Origin: an uncultured Bacteroidia bacterium
Lineage (GTDB): Bacteria > UBA4055
DNA: 64,000 bases
Direction: 5' to 3'
Assembly (NCBI GenBank): GCA_964648295.1
Contig: CAZYNH010000002.1
Span: 259,075 to 323,074, forward strand
A program made the position numbers and the translations under genes. Each line of letters begins with the position of its first letter. The stretch's first letter is position 1. Below, in pieces: positions 28,878 through 37,689 of this stretch. A model generated the notes under the pieces. The model did no database searches. It saw nothing but the letters and a program-made list of their open reading frames with translations, and was not told the DNA's origin.

Positions 28878-29603
28878 ATGTCACTGATAATTGATATCGG
28901 AAATACATCTTCAAAACTTTACCTGATCGAAAAAGGCAGGGTCATTAAGAGCGGCCTGTACGAAAGGGATATGTCTAAGTGGATAAGGTCGGGATCAGGG
29001 AAAGATGGGGTTGTGATAGCTTCGGTCGTTCCTGAAAGAACTAAAACCGTCTCGGCGGAAGTTAACAAACTTACGGGGAAAACTCCGTCTGTGATTAAGC
29101 ACAGCCACTTCAGCTCGCTTAAAAGCAGATATCTTAATATCGGTGAGCTCGGAATTGACAGGCTTTGTAATGTTGCCTTCGCTCTTGAATACTACAAAAA
29201 GAACATTGTTGTAATCGATCTCGGTTCTGCCGTGACTTTTGAGATCATTAACTCTCAGGGCGAGTTCGAAGGCGGAATGATATTCCCCGGGATAAAACTT
29301 CAGTATGACGCGCTGGCAAAGAACACCGCGCTTCTTCCTGATCTTAAGGCCGAGGTTACCGATCTTTTTATCGGAAGATCGACTGCAGAATGTATAAGAT
29401 CGGGGGTGCAGAACGGAGTGGCCGGTGCCTGCAATGATTTTGTAAGGGAGCTGACCGCAAGGATGTCATCAAGGTTGAAGGTCATTTTATCAGGCGGTGA
29501 CGCGGAGCTCATTTCAAAACTTGTGGATTTTGATCACAGCATTGAACCTTTCACCGTCCCGATCGGCGCATGGCTGATAAGCCGCATGGGCAAAGAGAAA
29601 TGA
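28878..29603 (+). CDS. coaX: Type III pantothenate kinase
   Basis: LIIDIGNT, IASVVP, LGIDR, IDLGSA, GGMIFPG, SGGDA. Confidence 0.93.
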   Translation: MSLIIDIGNTSSKLYLIEKGRVIKSGLYERDMSKWIRSGSGKDGVVIASVVPERTKTVSAEVNKLTGKTPSVIKHSHFSSLKSRYLNIGELGIDRLCNVAFALEYYKKNIVVIDLGSAVTFEIINSQGEFEGGMIFPGIKLQYDALAKNTALLPDLKAEVTDLFIGRSTAECIRSGVQNGVAGACNDFVRELTARMSSRLKVILSGGDAELISKLVDFDHSIEPFTVPIGAWLISRMGKEK

Positions 29604-30967
29604 GAACCGCGCTTCTGTTAATACTTATCCTGCTTCTCATGCCCCGAATATTCCCGCAGACGCTTCTCAGGATACACCACGCCGATCTTCTTAAACAGGA
29701 TGTATACGGCGGTAAAATAATTTACGGCAATATTGATATTGAATATGATGTTTACAGGGTAAAATGCGACAGCGCGGTCGTGAACAAAGATATGACTCAC
29801 GCAATGCTTTTCAAAAACATTCAGTTCACGGATACTGCAAGAACAATAAAATGTCGGACGGCTACTCTCTCAAAGACCCCTAACGGAAGGATCGCTTATC
29901 TTTCCGGGAAAGTCAGCATAAAGGAAAAGGACGCGGTCATAACAGGAAATGAAGCATCTCTCAACGAGATCAGCGACAGGATCACTGTCTCGGATTCCGT
30001 AGTTGTAAGGTATTACGATTATCCGTCTATCCTTTTCTGTTCGAATCTTGAATTGGATACAAAGAACGATATGATAACATCACAGGACTTAGACAGCGTA
30101 TTATGTCTTGATTCGCTCAGGTTCTACAGGCTTTATTCAAAAAGGTTTATATACGATACAGGTAAAAAATTGCTTAATCTGGATACAAAGATAGATATGT
30201 ATGCGTTTGAATACAGTCCCGCCAGGCCGGAAAATCAGTCTATAGAACCTTCAAATATATCAAAGACAGCCCGGACGCTTGTCAGGATCAAAGAAGGCCG
30301 CTTCTCATCTTTGGGCGGAAAATTCCATTTCGATCCTTTCAGAATACAGGCTCAAGGTAAATGTTCTTTTGTAATGAGTGAGAAAGATGAGGCTGATTCG
30401 ATATATTTCAGGTCTGATAAGATAAGCTACAGCGAAGAGGAGGATTTCGGTACGGCCGAAGGGAAGGTCTTTTTGAGAAAAGGAAAGATTAAAATTAACG
30501 CCGGTCTCGCTAAGTATTTCGGGAATGAAAACACGGCAAAGTTCTTTGATAAACCAATTGTTACATACGACAGTCATAAATTATCCGGTGATTCAATGGA
30601 AGTGCTGTCAAAGTCCGGCAGTTTTGATCCGGAAAGGGCGGTCGTTTACGGAAAGCCGAGATATGAATCCGTTCCTGATTCACTGAGGCCGGAGATGATA
30701 AATATTCTGACCGGAAAACTGATGAAACTATGGTTTTCGGACAATGAAATTAATAAAATAATTGTTTCAAAAGAGGCCGAAGGTGTGTATTTTATAAGCA
30801 GGGAGAAAGATAAAGCCCCCGACGCCTCAAATTACCTTCTCGGAGAAGAAATAGAGTTGAATTTCTCCGAAGGTGATATAAAAGATGTTTCGATCAGAGG
30901 CGGGTGTGAAGGCATTTATTTCCCCGACAAACTCAAAATGAAAGCGCTCGAAAAGAAAAAGAAGTAG
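29600..30967 (+). CDS. OstA/LptA-like beta-jellyroll LPS transport protein
   Basis: Signal peptide, repeated beta-strand CDSA/SDS segments, directly upstream of lptB; ATGA overlap with the coaX stop. Confidence 0.75.
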   Translation: MRTALLLILILLLMPRIFPQTLLRIHHADLLKQDVYGGKIIYGNIDIEYDVYRVKCDSAVVNKDMTHAMLFKNIQFTDTARTIKCRTATLSKTPNGRIAYLSGKVSIKEKDAVITGNEASLNEISDRITVSDSVVVRYYDYPSILFCSNLELDTKNDMITSQDLDSVLCLDSLRFYRLYSKRFIYDTGKKLLNLDTKIDMYAFEYSPARPENQSIEPSNISKTARTLVRIKEGRFSSLGGKFHFDPFRIQAQGKCSFVMSEKDEADSIYFRSDKISYSEEEDFGTAEGKVFLRKGKIKINAGLAKYFGNENTAKFFDKPIVTYDSHKLSGDSMEVLSKSGSFDPERAVVYGKPRYESVPDSLRPEMINILTGKLMKLWFSDNEINKIIVSKEAEGVYFISREKDKAPDASNYLLGEEIELNFSEGDIKDVSIRGGCEGIYFPDKLKMKALEKKKK

Positions 30968-30969
30968 GT

Positions 30970-31719
30970 ATGGAACAGACATTAAGAGCAGAAGGACTTA
31001 AGAAAAGGTACGGCAAAAAGGAAGTCGTCAAATCCGTCTCGATAGAGCTGAAAAAAGGCGAGATAGTCGGGCTTCTGGGACCTAACGGGGCGGGTAAAAC
31101 AACGACCTTCTACATGCTTACCGGGATGATAAAACCGAACGGCGGAAAGGTGTTCCTTAACGGTAAGGATGTTGCCAGAATGCCGATGTATAAAAGGGCG
31201 AGGAACGGACTCGGCTACCTTCCGCAGGAAGCTTCTGTATTCAGAAAACTGTCTGTTGAGGACAACATCATGGCCATTCTGCAGAGGGTGGAGAAAGACA
31301 GGAAAAAGAGGTCGGAACGGCTGGAGACCCTGCTTGACGAGCTCAAGATTAAACATATCAGAAAGAGTATGGGGTATTCATTAAGCGGAGGGGAGAGAAG
31401 GAGGGTAGAGATCACCCGTTCCATGGTCACACAACCGGATTTTATTCTTCTCGACGAGCCTTTCGCAGGCGTTGATCCCGTAACCATCGAGTCGATCCAG
31501 GCCATCGTAATGGGGCTCAAAAAAAGGGGGATAGGCGTACTTATTACCGATCATAATGTTTACGAGACATTAAAAATAACTGACAGAGCGTATATTCTCT
31601 TCGACGGAAAGATCATGATCGAGGGATCGTCGGAATTTCTGGCAAGCGATCCTACGGCAAGAAAAATGTATCTGGGCGAAAATTTTAAGCTGCATCGTCC
31701 TGAAACCGATAAGGGGTGA
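30970..31719 (+). CDS. lptB: LPS export ABC transporter ATPase
   Basis: GPNGAGKTT, GYLPQEASVFRKL, LSGGERRRVEI, LLDEPFAGVDP, ITDHNV. Confidence 0.96.
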   Translation: MEQTLRAEGLKKRYGKKEVVKSVSIELKKGEIVGLLGPNGAGKTTTFYMLTGMIKPNGGKVFLNGKDVARMPMYKRARNGLGYLPQEASVFRKLSVEDNIMAILQRVEKDRKKRSERLETLLDELKIKHIRKSMGYSLSGGERRRVEITRSMVTQPDFILLDEPFAGVDPVTIESIQAIVMGLKKRGIGVLITDHNVYETLKITDRAYILFDGKIMIEGSSEFLASDPTARKMYLGENFKLHRPETDKG

Positions 31720-31723
31720 TATT

Positions 31724-33133
31724 ATGCTGAAACAGACATTAAATACCAAAACAGAGCTCGGAACCAGGCTTGAACCGGCCGTTATTCTCAGATCGGCCCT
31801 TCTGGAGCTTCCGGTAATCAACCTTGAAGAGAGGATAAGGGAGGAGCTGGAGGAAAATCCGTTCATCGAGGCGACTGACGGGCTAGAAATTGCTGAGGAA
31901 GGCAGCGAAACTCAGAAGCAGAACGATGAGGAGAAGAAGGAAAGCGAGTTCATTGAGCTTGTGAAAACCTTCTCCGATTATGATGAGGAATATACCGAGG
32001 AATTTATTGACGAGAGCGACGAGAGGGAGTTCCAGCAGGCTGAAAAGCGGACACTTAGGGATTCTCTGTACGATCAGGCTCAGGAGAATTTCTTTTCCGA
32101 GACCGAAAGCGAAGTCGCGTCATATATAATCGACAACCTCGACGAGGACGGTTATTTCAGGGTGGATATGGAACTTGTCAAGAACGAGTTCCCGGATGTG
32201 GAGGAAAGAACGATCCTGAGGGTATTAAGGACGATACAGCGGTTCGAGCCGACCGGAGTGGCGGCGAGGGACACAAGGGAATGCCTGATCGTTCAGCTCA
32301 AATCGCGCGAGCTTTACCTTGAGGACACTTTCATTGTCCTTCGCGACCACTATGACGACCTGGTCAACAAGAGATATTCCGTCATTATGAAAAAGACCGG
32401 CATATCGCAGGAGCAGATGCAGGAGATAATAGAAGAGGTAAGGTCGCTAAATCCCAAGCCCGGGTCGTCAAAGACCGCTGAGCTGTGGGAAAGCGCCGAC
32501 GAGTATACAGGTATAACGCCGGACTTCATTGTTCAGGAAATAGATGGCAGATTCGAGGTAATACTGAACAACGCCTCCGTTCCCAACCTTTCGATAAACA
32601 AGAAATTCGAGGAGATATATCTTTCAAACAATCCTGACGCGGTGGCCAAGGATTATGTAAGAAAAAAGATCGAGTCGGCAAAATGGTTCATCAATGCCGT
32701 CCATCAGAGAAGAGCTACGCTGAAAAAAGTAATGGAATCCATCGTAAAACTACAGCACGACTTCTTTCTTTACGGACCGGAGAAGATAAAACCGATGATA
32801 TTGAAGGATGTGGCGGATGACATTCAGATGGACATAGCTACTGTCTCGAGATCGGTAAAAGACAAATATGTTGACACCGATTTTGGTGTTTATGAGCTCA
32901 AATACTTTTTTTCCGAAAGGTCCGCGACAGCGGACGGCGAAGATGTCTCCACCCGCATTGTCAGGGAGCGAATCAGGGACATAATCACACTTGAGGACAA
33001 GCGTAAGCCGCTCTCCGATCAGATAATATCCGACCTTTTGACCGAGGAGGGCTATACAGCCGCCAGACGCACCGTCCAGAAATACCGCGAGCAGATGGAT
33101 ATTCCGCCGGCCAGGCTCAGGAAAGAGCTGTAA
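31724..33133 (+). CDS. rpoN: RNA polymerase sigma-54 factor
   Basis: ELEENPF, EPTGVAAR, ATVSRSV..KY, RpoN box ARRTVQKYRE. Confidence 0.96.
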   Translation: MLKQTLNTKTELGTRLEPAVILRSALLELPVINLEERIREELEENPFIEATDGLEIAEEGSETQKQNDEEKKESEFIELVKTFSDYDEEYTEEFIDESDEREFQQAEKRTLRDSLYDQAQENFFSETESEVASYIIDNLDEDGYFRVDMELVKNEFPDVEERTILRVLRTIQRFEPTGVAARDTRECLIVQLKSRELYLEDTFIVLRDHYDDLVNKRYSVIMKKTGISQEQMQEIIEEVRSLNPKPGSSKTAELWESADEYTGITPDFIVQEIDGRFEVILNNASVPNLSINKKFEEIYLSNNPDAVAKDYVRKKIESAKWFINAVHQRRATLKKVMESIVKLQHDFFLYGPEKIKPMILKDVADDIQMDIATVSRSVKDKYVDTDFGVYELKYFFSERSATADGEDVSTRIVRERIRDIITLEDKRKPLSDQIISDLLTEEGYTAARRTVQKYREQMDIPPARLRKEL

Positions 33134-33136
33134 GAA

Positions 33137-34063
33137 TTAGAACCTCTTGACTTTACCGTGGCAGTAGGGCGTGCTGCCTTTATTATCGTAGTAATTTTGG
33201 TGATAATCCTCCGCCGGATAGAATTCTGTAGCTTTTAAAATCTTTGTGGCTGTCTCAAAACCTTTTGACTCCAGGATGCCTATTAGCTTCTCTGTCGCGG
33301 CTTTTTCCTCATCATTATCGTAGAAAACGACGGATTCGTACTGAGATCCGATGTCAGGCCCCTGCCCGCCTTCCTGCGTGGGATCGTGTATCTCGAAAAA
33401 CTCTCTCGCTATCGTCTCAAAATCTATCTTTCTGTTATCGTAAAGCACTTCGACAGCCTCATAATGCCCGGTCGTTCCCGTACAGACCTGTTTATAAGTC
33501 GGATTCTTCACATGACCGCCCATATAACCCGAAGTGACCTCAAGTACTCCGTCGAGCTTCTGCATATAGTACTCCACGCCCCAGAAACAGCCGCCTGCAA
33601 AATAAGTCCGTTTGACATTTTCAGCGGGAATAAAGCCTAAAGAGACAGAGTTCACGCAGTGGCGGATATTCTTTACGGTAAGCCCCTCGCCTTCAAACAC
33701 ATGACCGAGGTGTCCTCCGCATTTTGCGCAGATGATCTCAGTCCGCATACCGTCAGCGTCTTCAACCCTGCTCACAGCTCTGGTAACCTCGTCGTCAAAA
33801 GCCGGCCATCCGCATCCCGAATCGAATTTATCAGCCGATCTGTAAAGTACCGCACCGCACTGCCTGCATGTATAAAGTCCTTTCTCGGAGAATTTATTGA
33901 ACTTGCCGGTACCGGGAGCTTCCGTCCCCTTGTGAATTATCACCCTCTCCTCTTCCGGAGTAAGCTTGTTGTATTTGCCGGTCATATTAAGAGTCTCCTT
34001 TTTTTCGCTGTACAGTATGACAAGAAGCGCTGTTGCCGCTATGATCGAAGCGATGTATTTCAC
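33137..34063 (-). CDS. msrAB: Bifunctional methionine sulfoxide reductase MsrB-MsrA fusion, possible signal peptide; alternative start at 33985
   Basis: MsrB KFDSGCGWPAF, GHLGHVF, RHCVNS followed by MsrA GGCFWG, GHYEAV, AEDYHQNY; GTG 34063 has a GGAGG SD and ATG 33985 has an AAGGAG SD. Confidence 0.92.
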   Translation of the reverse strand: MKYIASIIAATALLVILYSEKKETLNMTGKYNKLTPEEERVIIHKGTEAPGTGKFNKFSEKGLYTCRQCGAVLYRSADKFDSGCGWPAFDDEVTRAVSRVEDADGMRTEIICAKCGGHLGHVFEGEGLTVKNIRHCVNSVSLGFIPAENVKRTYFAGGCFWGVEYYMQKLDGVLEVTSGYMGGHVKNPTYKQVCTGTTGHYEAVEVLYDNRKIDFETIAREFFEIHDPTQEGGQGPDIGSQYESVVFYDNDEEKAATEKLIGILESKGFETATKILKATEFYPAEDYHQNYYDNKGSTPYCHGKVKRF

Positions 34064-34115
34064 GAACGCCTCCGCTTTTTTATACAAATTAACAAAACCG
34101 GGAGCGCCTGTATAT

Positions 34116-34145
34116 GATAAAAGCCGGAAATTTCCGGCTTTTATC
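34116..34145. terminator. Perfect palindrome, terminator downstream of efp
   Basis: GATAAAAGCCGGAAATTTCCGGCTTTTATC. Confidence 0.8.
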
Positions 34146-34162
34146 TTTATTTGGATCAATAT

Positions 34163-34717
34163 TTATCTTCCTACGTACTCGCCGGTTCTCGTGTCGATCT
34201 TGACAACATCGCCGATATGGCAGAAGATAGGCACGTTGGTGATAAGTCCTGTCTGCATTTTGGCTTCTTTCAGGACTTTACCGCCGGTGTTGCCCTGAAC
34301 TGCGGGCTCAGTGTATTCGATAGCGAGTTCGACCTGCTGCGGAAGCTCGATACTAATAGGTTTTTCGTTATAAAGAAGAACATCAATGACTTCCTCCTCT
34401 TTTAAATAAAGCGCGTTGTCGCCCAGATACTCTTCAGTAAGCTCAAGCTGCTCATAGGTTTCCTGGTCCATAAAAACGAAAGAATCGCCGTTCCTGTATG
34501 AGAACTGCATTTTTCTTCTGTCGAGCCTTATCTCATCGAGCTTGTCCGTTGCCCTGTAAACAGTTTCGGCTATAGAACCGACCGAAAGGTTTTTCGTTTT
34601 CAGTTTCATCGTTGATGCTGAACGGGCGCCCTTATTATATTCTGCTTTAAGCACGAGCAAAAGTTCGTTGCCGACCTTAATAATATTGCCTGCTCTGAAT
34701 TCCGATGCTTCCTTCAT
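34163..34717 (-). CDS. efp: Elongation factor P, Arg32 type
   Basis: YNKGAR with Arg at position 32, FVFMDQETYEQ, TEPAVQGNT, KIDTRTGEYVGR. Confidence 0.97.
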   Translation of the reverse strand: MKEASEFRAGNIIKVGNELLLVLKAEYNKGARSASTMKLKTKNLSVGSIAETVYRATDKLDEIRLDRRKMQFSYRNGDSFVFMDQETYEQLELTEEYLGDNALYLKEEEVIDVLLYNEKPISIELPQQVELAIEYTEPAVQGNTGGKVLKEAKMQTGLITNVPIFCHIGDVVKIDTRTGEYVGR

Positions 34718-34727
34718 TGTGACTCCT

Positions 34728-35843
34728 TTATTTCAATTTTTTGTCTTCTTTCAAAGAACGGGCGAAAAATAATAAATTATTTATTAAATTGCAATTCTTT
34801 ATTAGAAATTCGCTCGAAGAAATGTTGTATAGTCCGAATGATTCGATATTTTGAAGCATGAATAGAGCGCTGTCATCAATTGTTTCGGTGTTCCGGTCGT
34901 TGAATTTAAGCATATAGGACGAATACTGTCTGAACACCTCTTTGTCTGAAAAGAATCTTTTGAGATACTCGAGGAAAGCTTTTACCTTAACGAGCTGGTA
35001 ATTGTCTTTCTGTTGATAAGCATGCCAGACAAAAGGTTTTTTTGAAAGACAGGCTCTTGCCCAGGAATCTTCACCGCGGACAAAATTCAGATCGCAAATT
35101 TTTAAGAGCGCATCATACTCGGTCTGATGGAGAAAGCCGGAGTTTATTAACTTTACATTATCAGGTACTGCATCGGGTTTACTTATACTTTCCCGGCTTT
35201 TCTCTCCAAATATTATCAGGCTGAATTTCTTTCCGGTGCTTTTAAGATCGGAAAAAAAGCGGGAGAAATCGTGTTCGTAAGTAAAAACAGAGATCATTAA
35301 GCTCTCGTTGTCCACTCTGAACAGTTTTTCAAAATACTTCCGTTTTTCTTTCAGTTCTCCTTCATTAAGTTCTCTATCCTGTAATATCCCGCCTGAATTT
35401 ACCGTAAACCCCGGCATAAAAAAATATTTTTTGGCCTTCCTGCCGGTCAGTGATTCTTTTAAATGGACACCCTCTATCCATTCCTCGGCTGACAGGTGAT
35501 CAATATTTATTATCAGGCAGTCAGATCCGATAGCTTTTTCGTAATAGGCTTCAGGAATACGGCAGGCGAAAGCCTCAATTACAAGCCCCGGTATTTCATA
35601 ACCGTTAACGAATTTCTCAGTCAGGATATTGTAGGAAATAAATCGTATTCCGCCTGCTGTCTGATCTTCTTTTTTATGGATTATACCGGCACCTATCGCG
35701 GAAAAAGCTTCAAGTCCGTTCGTGAAGACCCTTATATCCGAATCAGGGAGCTCTTTTTTTAGAGATCTTGCAAGCCTGTATGTAACTCCCGCGTCACCAA
35801 AATTGTCAATGACATCGCAAAAAATATCAATACTCCCGAACAT
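34728..35843 (-). CDS. earP: EF-P arginine rhamnosyltransferase
   Basis: DIFCDVIDNFGDAGVTYRLAR, EAFAC, IDHLSAEEW, YFFMPGFT..SGG, NFVRGEDSWARA, WHAY.Q; adjacent to Arg32 efp. Confidence 0.93.
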   Translation of the reverse strand: MFGSIDIFCDVIDNFGDAGVTYRLARSLKKELPDSDIRVFTNGLEAFSAIGAGIIHKKEDQTAGGIRFISYNILTEKFVNGYEIPGLVIEAFACRIPEAYYEKAIGSDCLIINIDHLSAEEWIEGVHLKESLTGRKAKKYFFMPGFTVNSGGILQDRELNEGELKEKRKYFEKLFRVDNESLMISVFTYEHDFSRFFSDLKSTGKKFSLIIFGEKSRESISKPDAVPDNVKLINSGFLHQTEYDALLKICDLNFVRGEDSWARACLSKKPFVWHAYQQKDNYQLVKVKAFLEYLKRFFSDKEVFRQYSSYMLKFNDRNTETIDDSALFMLQNIESFGLYNISSSEFLIKNCNLINNLLFFARSLKEDKKLK

Positions 35844-35844
35844 G

Positions 35845-37689
35845 CTATTTCCCGGCTTCAAGGAAAACTGAATAGCTTACAGGATTTTTAAGACCGGACA
35901 AAAAATCGCGGAATTGTGAATATTTTTCCTTCGGAACTGTCATTTCAGGAATGTAATATTCCACAGAGTAGATATCCGCCTCGCCGTCTTTTATTATATC
36001 TGTTCTGATGTAGGCCGTGAGCCCGGAGCACTCGAATTTCTTTTCTGACGCTTTCAGATTTATCACATCTTTTCCTTCACCGCGGATGATATATCTGTAT
36101 CGGTTGAATATTTTTGAATTTATTCTGAGATCGTTCACTCTCTGTTTTAAAGAAACATCAGGCAGGGACTCAAAGGCCGGGACGGAGAAATATGAATATT
36201 TATCCTGCTCAATAACCGCTCCGTTCCTTCTTATAGCAAAATCAACTTTTACGGGTTTAACCAGATCGTCAAAAGAATCGAAGGCGGGTCCTTCGACAAG
36301 TTCGGCCGAATTGTCTCTGATCAGCCACTGGAAGAAACGCATATTTCTTTCCTCTTCAGGCATTCTTTCAAAAGACCTCATCCAAGAATCGTATCCGCCC
36401 CTGTTGATCGAGCTTATTTCCGCTATGACATCCTGTTGTTCCGGTACCATGTCATATGTTCTTTCAGCCTGAGGGAGATTTGGATAGGAGTAGTTTACAG
36501 GTTCAGGGCGGCTTGGCAGAACTATCGAGCAGTCATATGTATCGCAGAACCCGAAGGCTCTTGATCTCTCGCCCGGCTTGAACATTTCTCCGTTCCTGTA
36601 AACATAGACTTCTTCGATCAAATCTTTCAGAACAAGTTTCGATGCTTTGGCGGGGAGCTGAGAATATGTACCTGTCAGCCTGAGCGCCGGTTCACATCCT
36701 TTTATTCCGGAATGCTCTGCCAGAGCAATGAAAAGAGCCGTCATTTCTCTTGATGAACCGTATTTCTTGTCAAGTACAAGATCAAGAGGCTCAGGGTTCA
36801 TATTCATAAGGGAAATATAGCAGTTTCTTGAATCAAAATTCTGAGAGAGAAATTTATAAATCGCATGGACTTTTTCCTCTTCGGTCTCTATTCCTGCCGT
36901 TATTTTTCCGGCAAGCTCTTTAACCCTGTCTGAAGTCTTGTATTTCAGGATATCTGAAAATTCATTTTGCACATATTCCTTCCAGCCTTTATAGAAGGAG
37001 AATATTACCGGAGTGCCTGAATACACATAATCAGGCGAATTAGGTTCGTTCCTGATCAGAGGGCTGTTCGTTATACTCCATTTCAGTTCATTCTTCCCTT
37101 GTTTCAACTTAAGATCGGGGTGTGCGTAATATTTAATTTCCATTCCTTTGGGGTGCCTGATTATTAGATTCTTTTCGAGGTAAGGATTGCTTTCCCTGAA
37201 ATGCTCGATACCGCTTAAAGGAAGTTTTCTCGTGCAGGCAACATGATATTCGAGAACTATAAAATAGCCCGGTCCTATCTGAGGGAAACTTATCACTTTT
37301 TTCCTGTGCCTGATATATTCCGGAGACCATAACGATTCATCCGTATTGAGGTCATAGATCTGGTTTTCCGGAACTTCTATCCTGTTTCCCTCAGGTGTTA
37401 CCGTCAGGGTCGTTATAAGGTCCACTTTTTCAAAATCCGGATCATATTCGATAGAAACATCAGAATACCTGGTCTGACCGGAATAATTCAGTATCTTTTT
37501 CACATAGAACACCTTGTGAACATACGATCCGTCTTTACCGATATCATAGATCACCTCAGTGAACACATTTATCGCATTGGCGTCATCGTAAGTGATCTCA
37601 GGATCGACTTTCTTTATCAGTTTATCGATGTCGTAAGAATAGACAGCCAGAGCCGAGAAGATAAGGATCAGGTTTATTATTTTATTCAT
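35845..37689 (-). CDS. Exported DUF3857/transglutaminase-like protein, catalytic residues apparently lost
   Basis: Signal peptide; same layout as the upstream paralogue but YGSSREM replaces GGVCRDK and no NHA His motif is seen. Confidence 0.7.
   Translation of the reverse strand: MNKIINLILIFSALAVYSYDIDKLIKKVDPEITYDDANAINVFTEVIYDIGKDGSYVHKVFYVKKILNYSGQTRYSDVSIEYDPDFEKVDLITTLTVTPEGNRIEVPENQIYDLNTDESLWSPEYIRHRKKVISFPQIGPGYFIVLEYHVACTRKLPLSGIEHFRESNPYLEKNLIIRHPKGMEIKYYAHPDLKLKQGKNELKWSITNSPLIRNEPNSPDYVYSGTPVIFSFYKGWKEYVQNEFSDILKYKTSDRVKELAGKITAGIETEEEKVHAIYKFLSQNFDSRNCYISLMNMNPEPLDLVLDKKYGSSREMTALFIALAEHSGIKGCEPALRLTGTYSQLPAKASKLVLKDLIEEVYVYRNGEMFKPGERSRAFGFCDTYDCSIVLPSRPEPVNYSYPNLPQAERTYDMVPEQQDVIAEISSINRGGYDSWMRSFERMPEEERNMRFFQWLIRDNSAELVEGPAFDSFDDLVKPVKVDFAIRRNGAVIEQDKYSYFSVPAFESLPDVSLKQRVNDLRINSKIFNRYRYIIRGEGKDVINLKASEKKFECSGLTAYIRTDIIKDGEADIYSVEYYIPEMTVPKEKYSQFRDFLSGLKNPVSYSVFLEAGK

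Noticed and set aside
33137-34063. Selenocysteine in MsrA/MsrB
   Set aside because: Catalytic positions are Cys (GCFWG, RHCVNS) and there is no in-frame TGA
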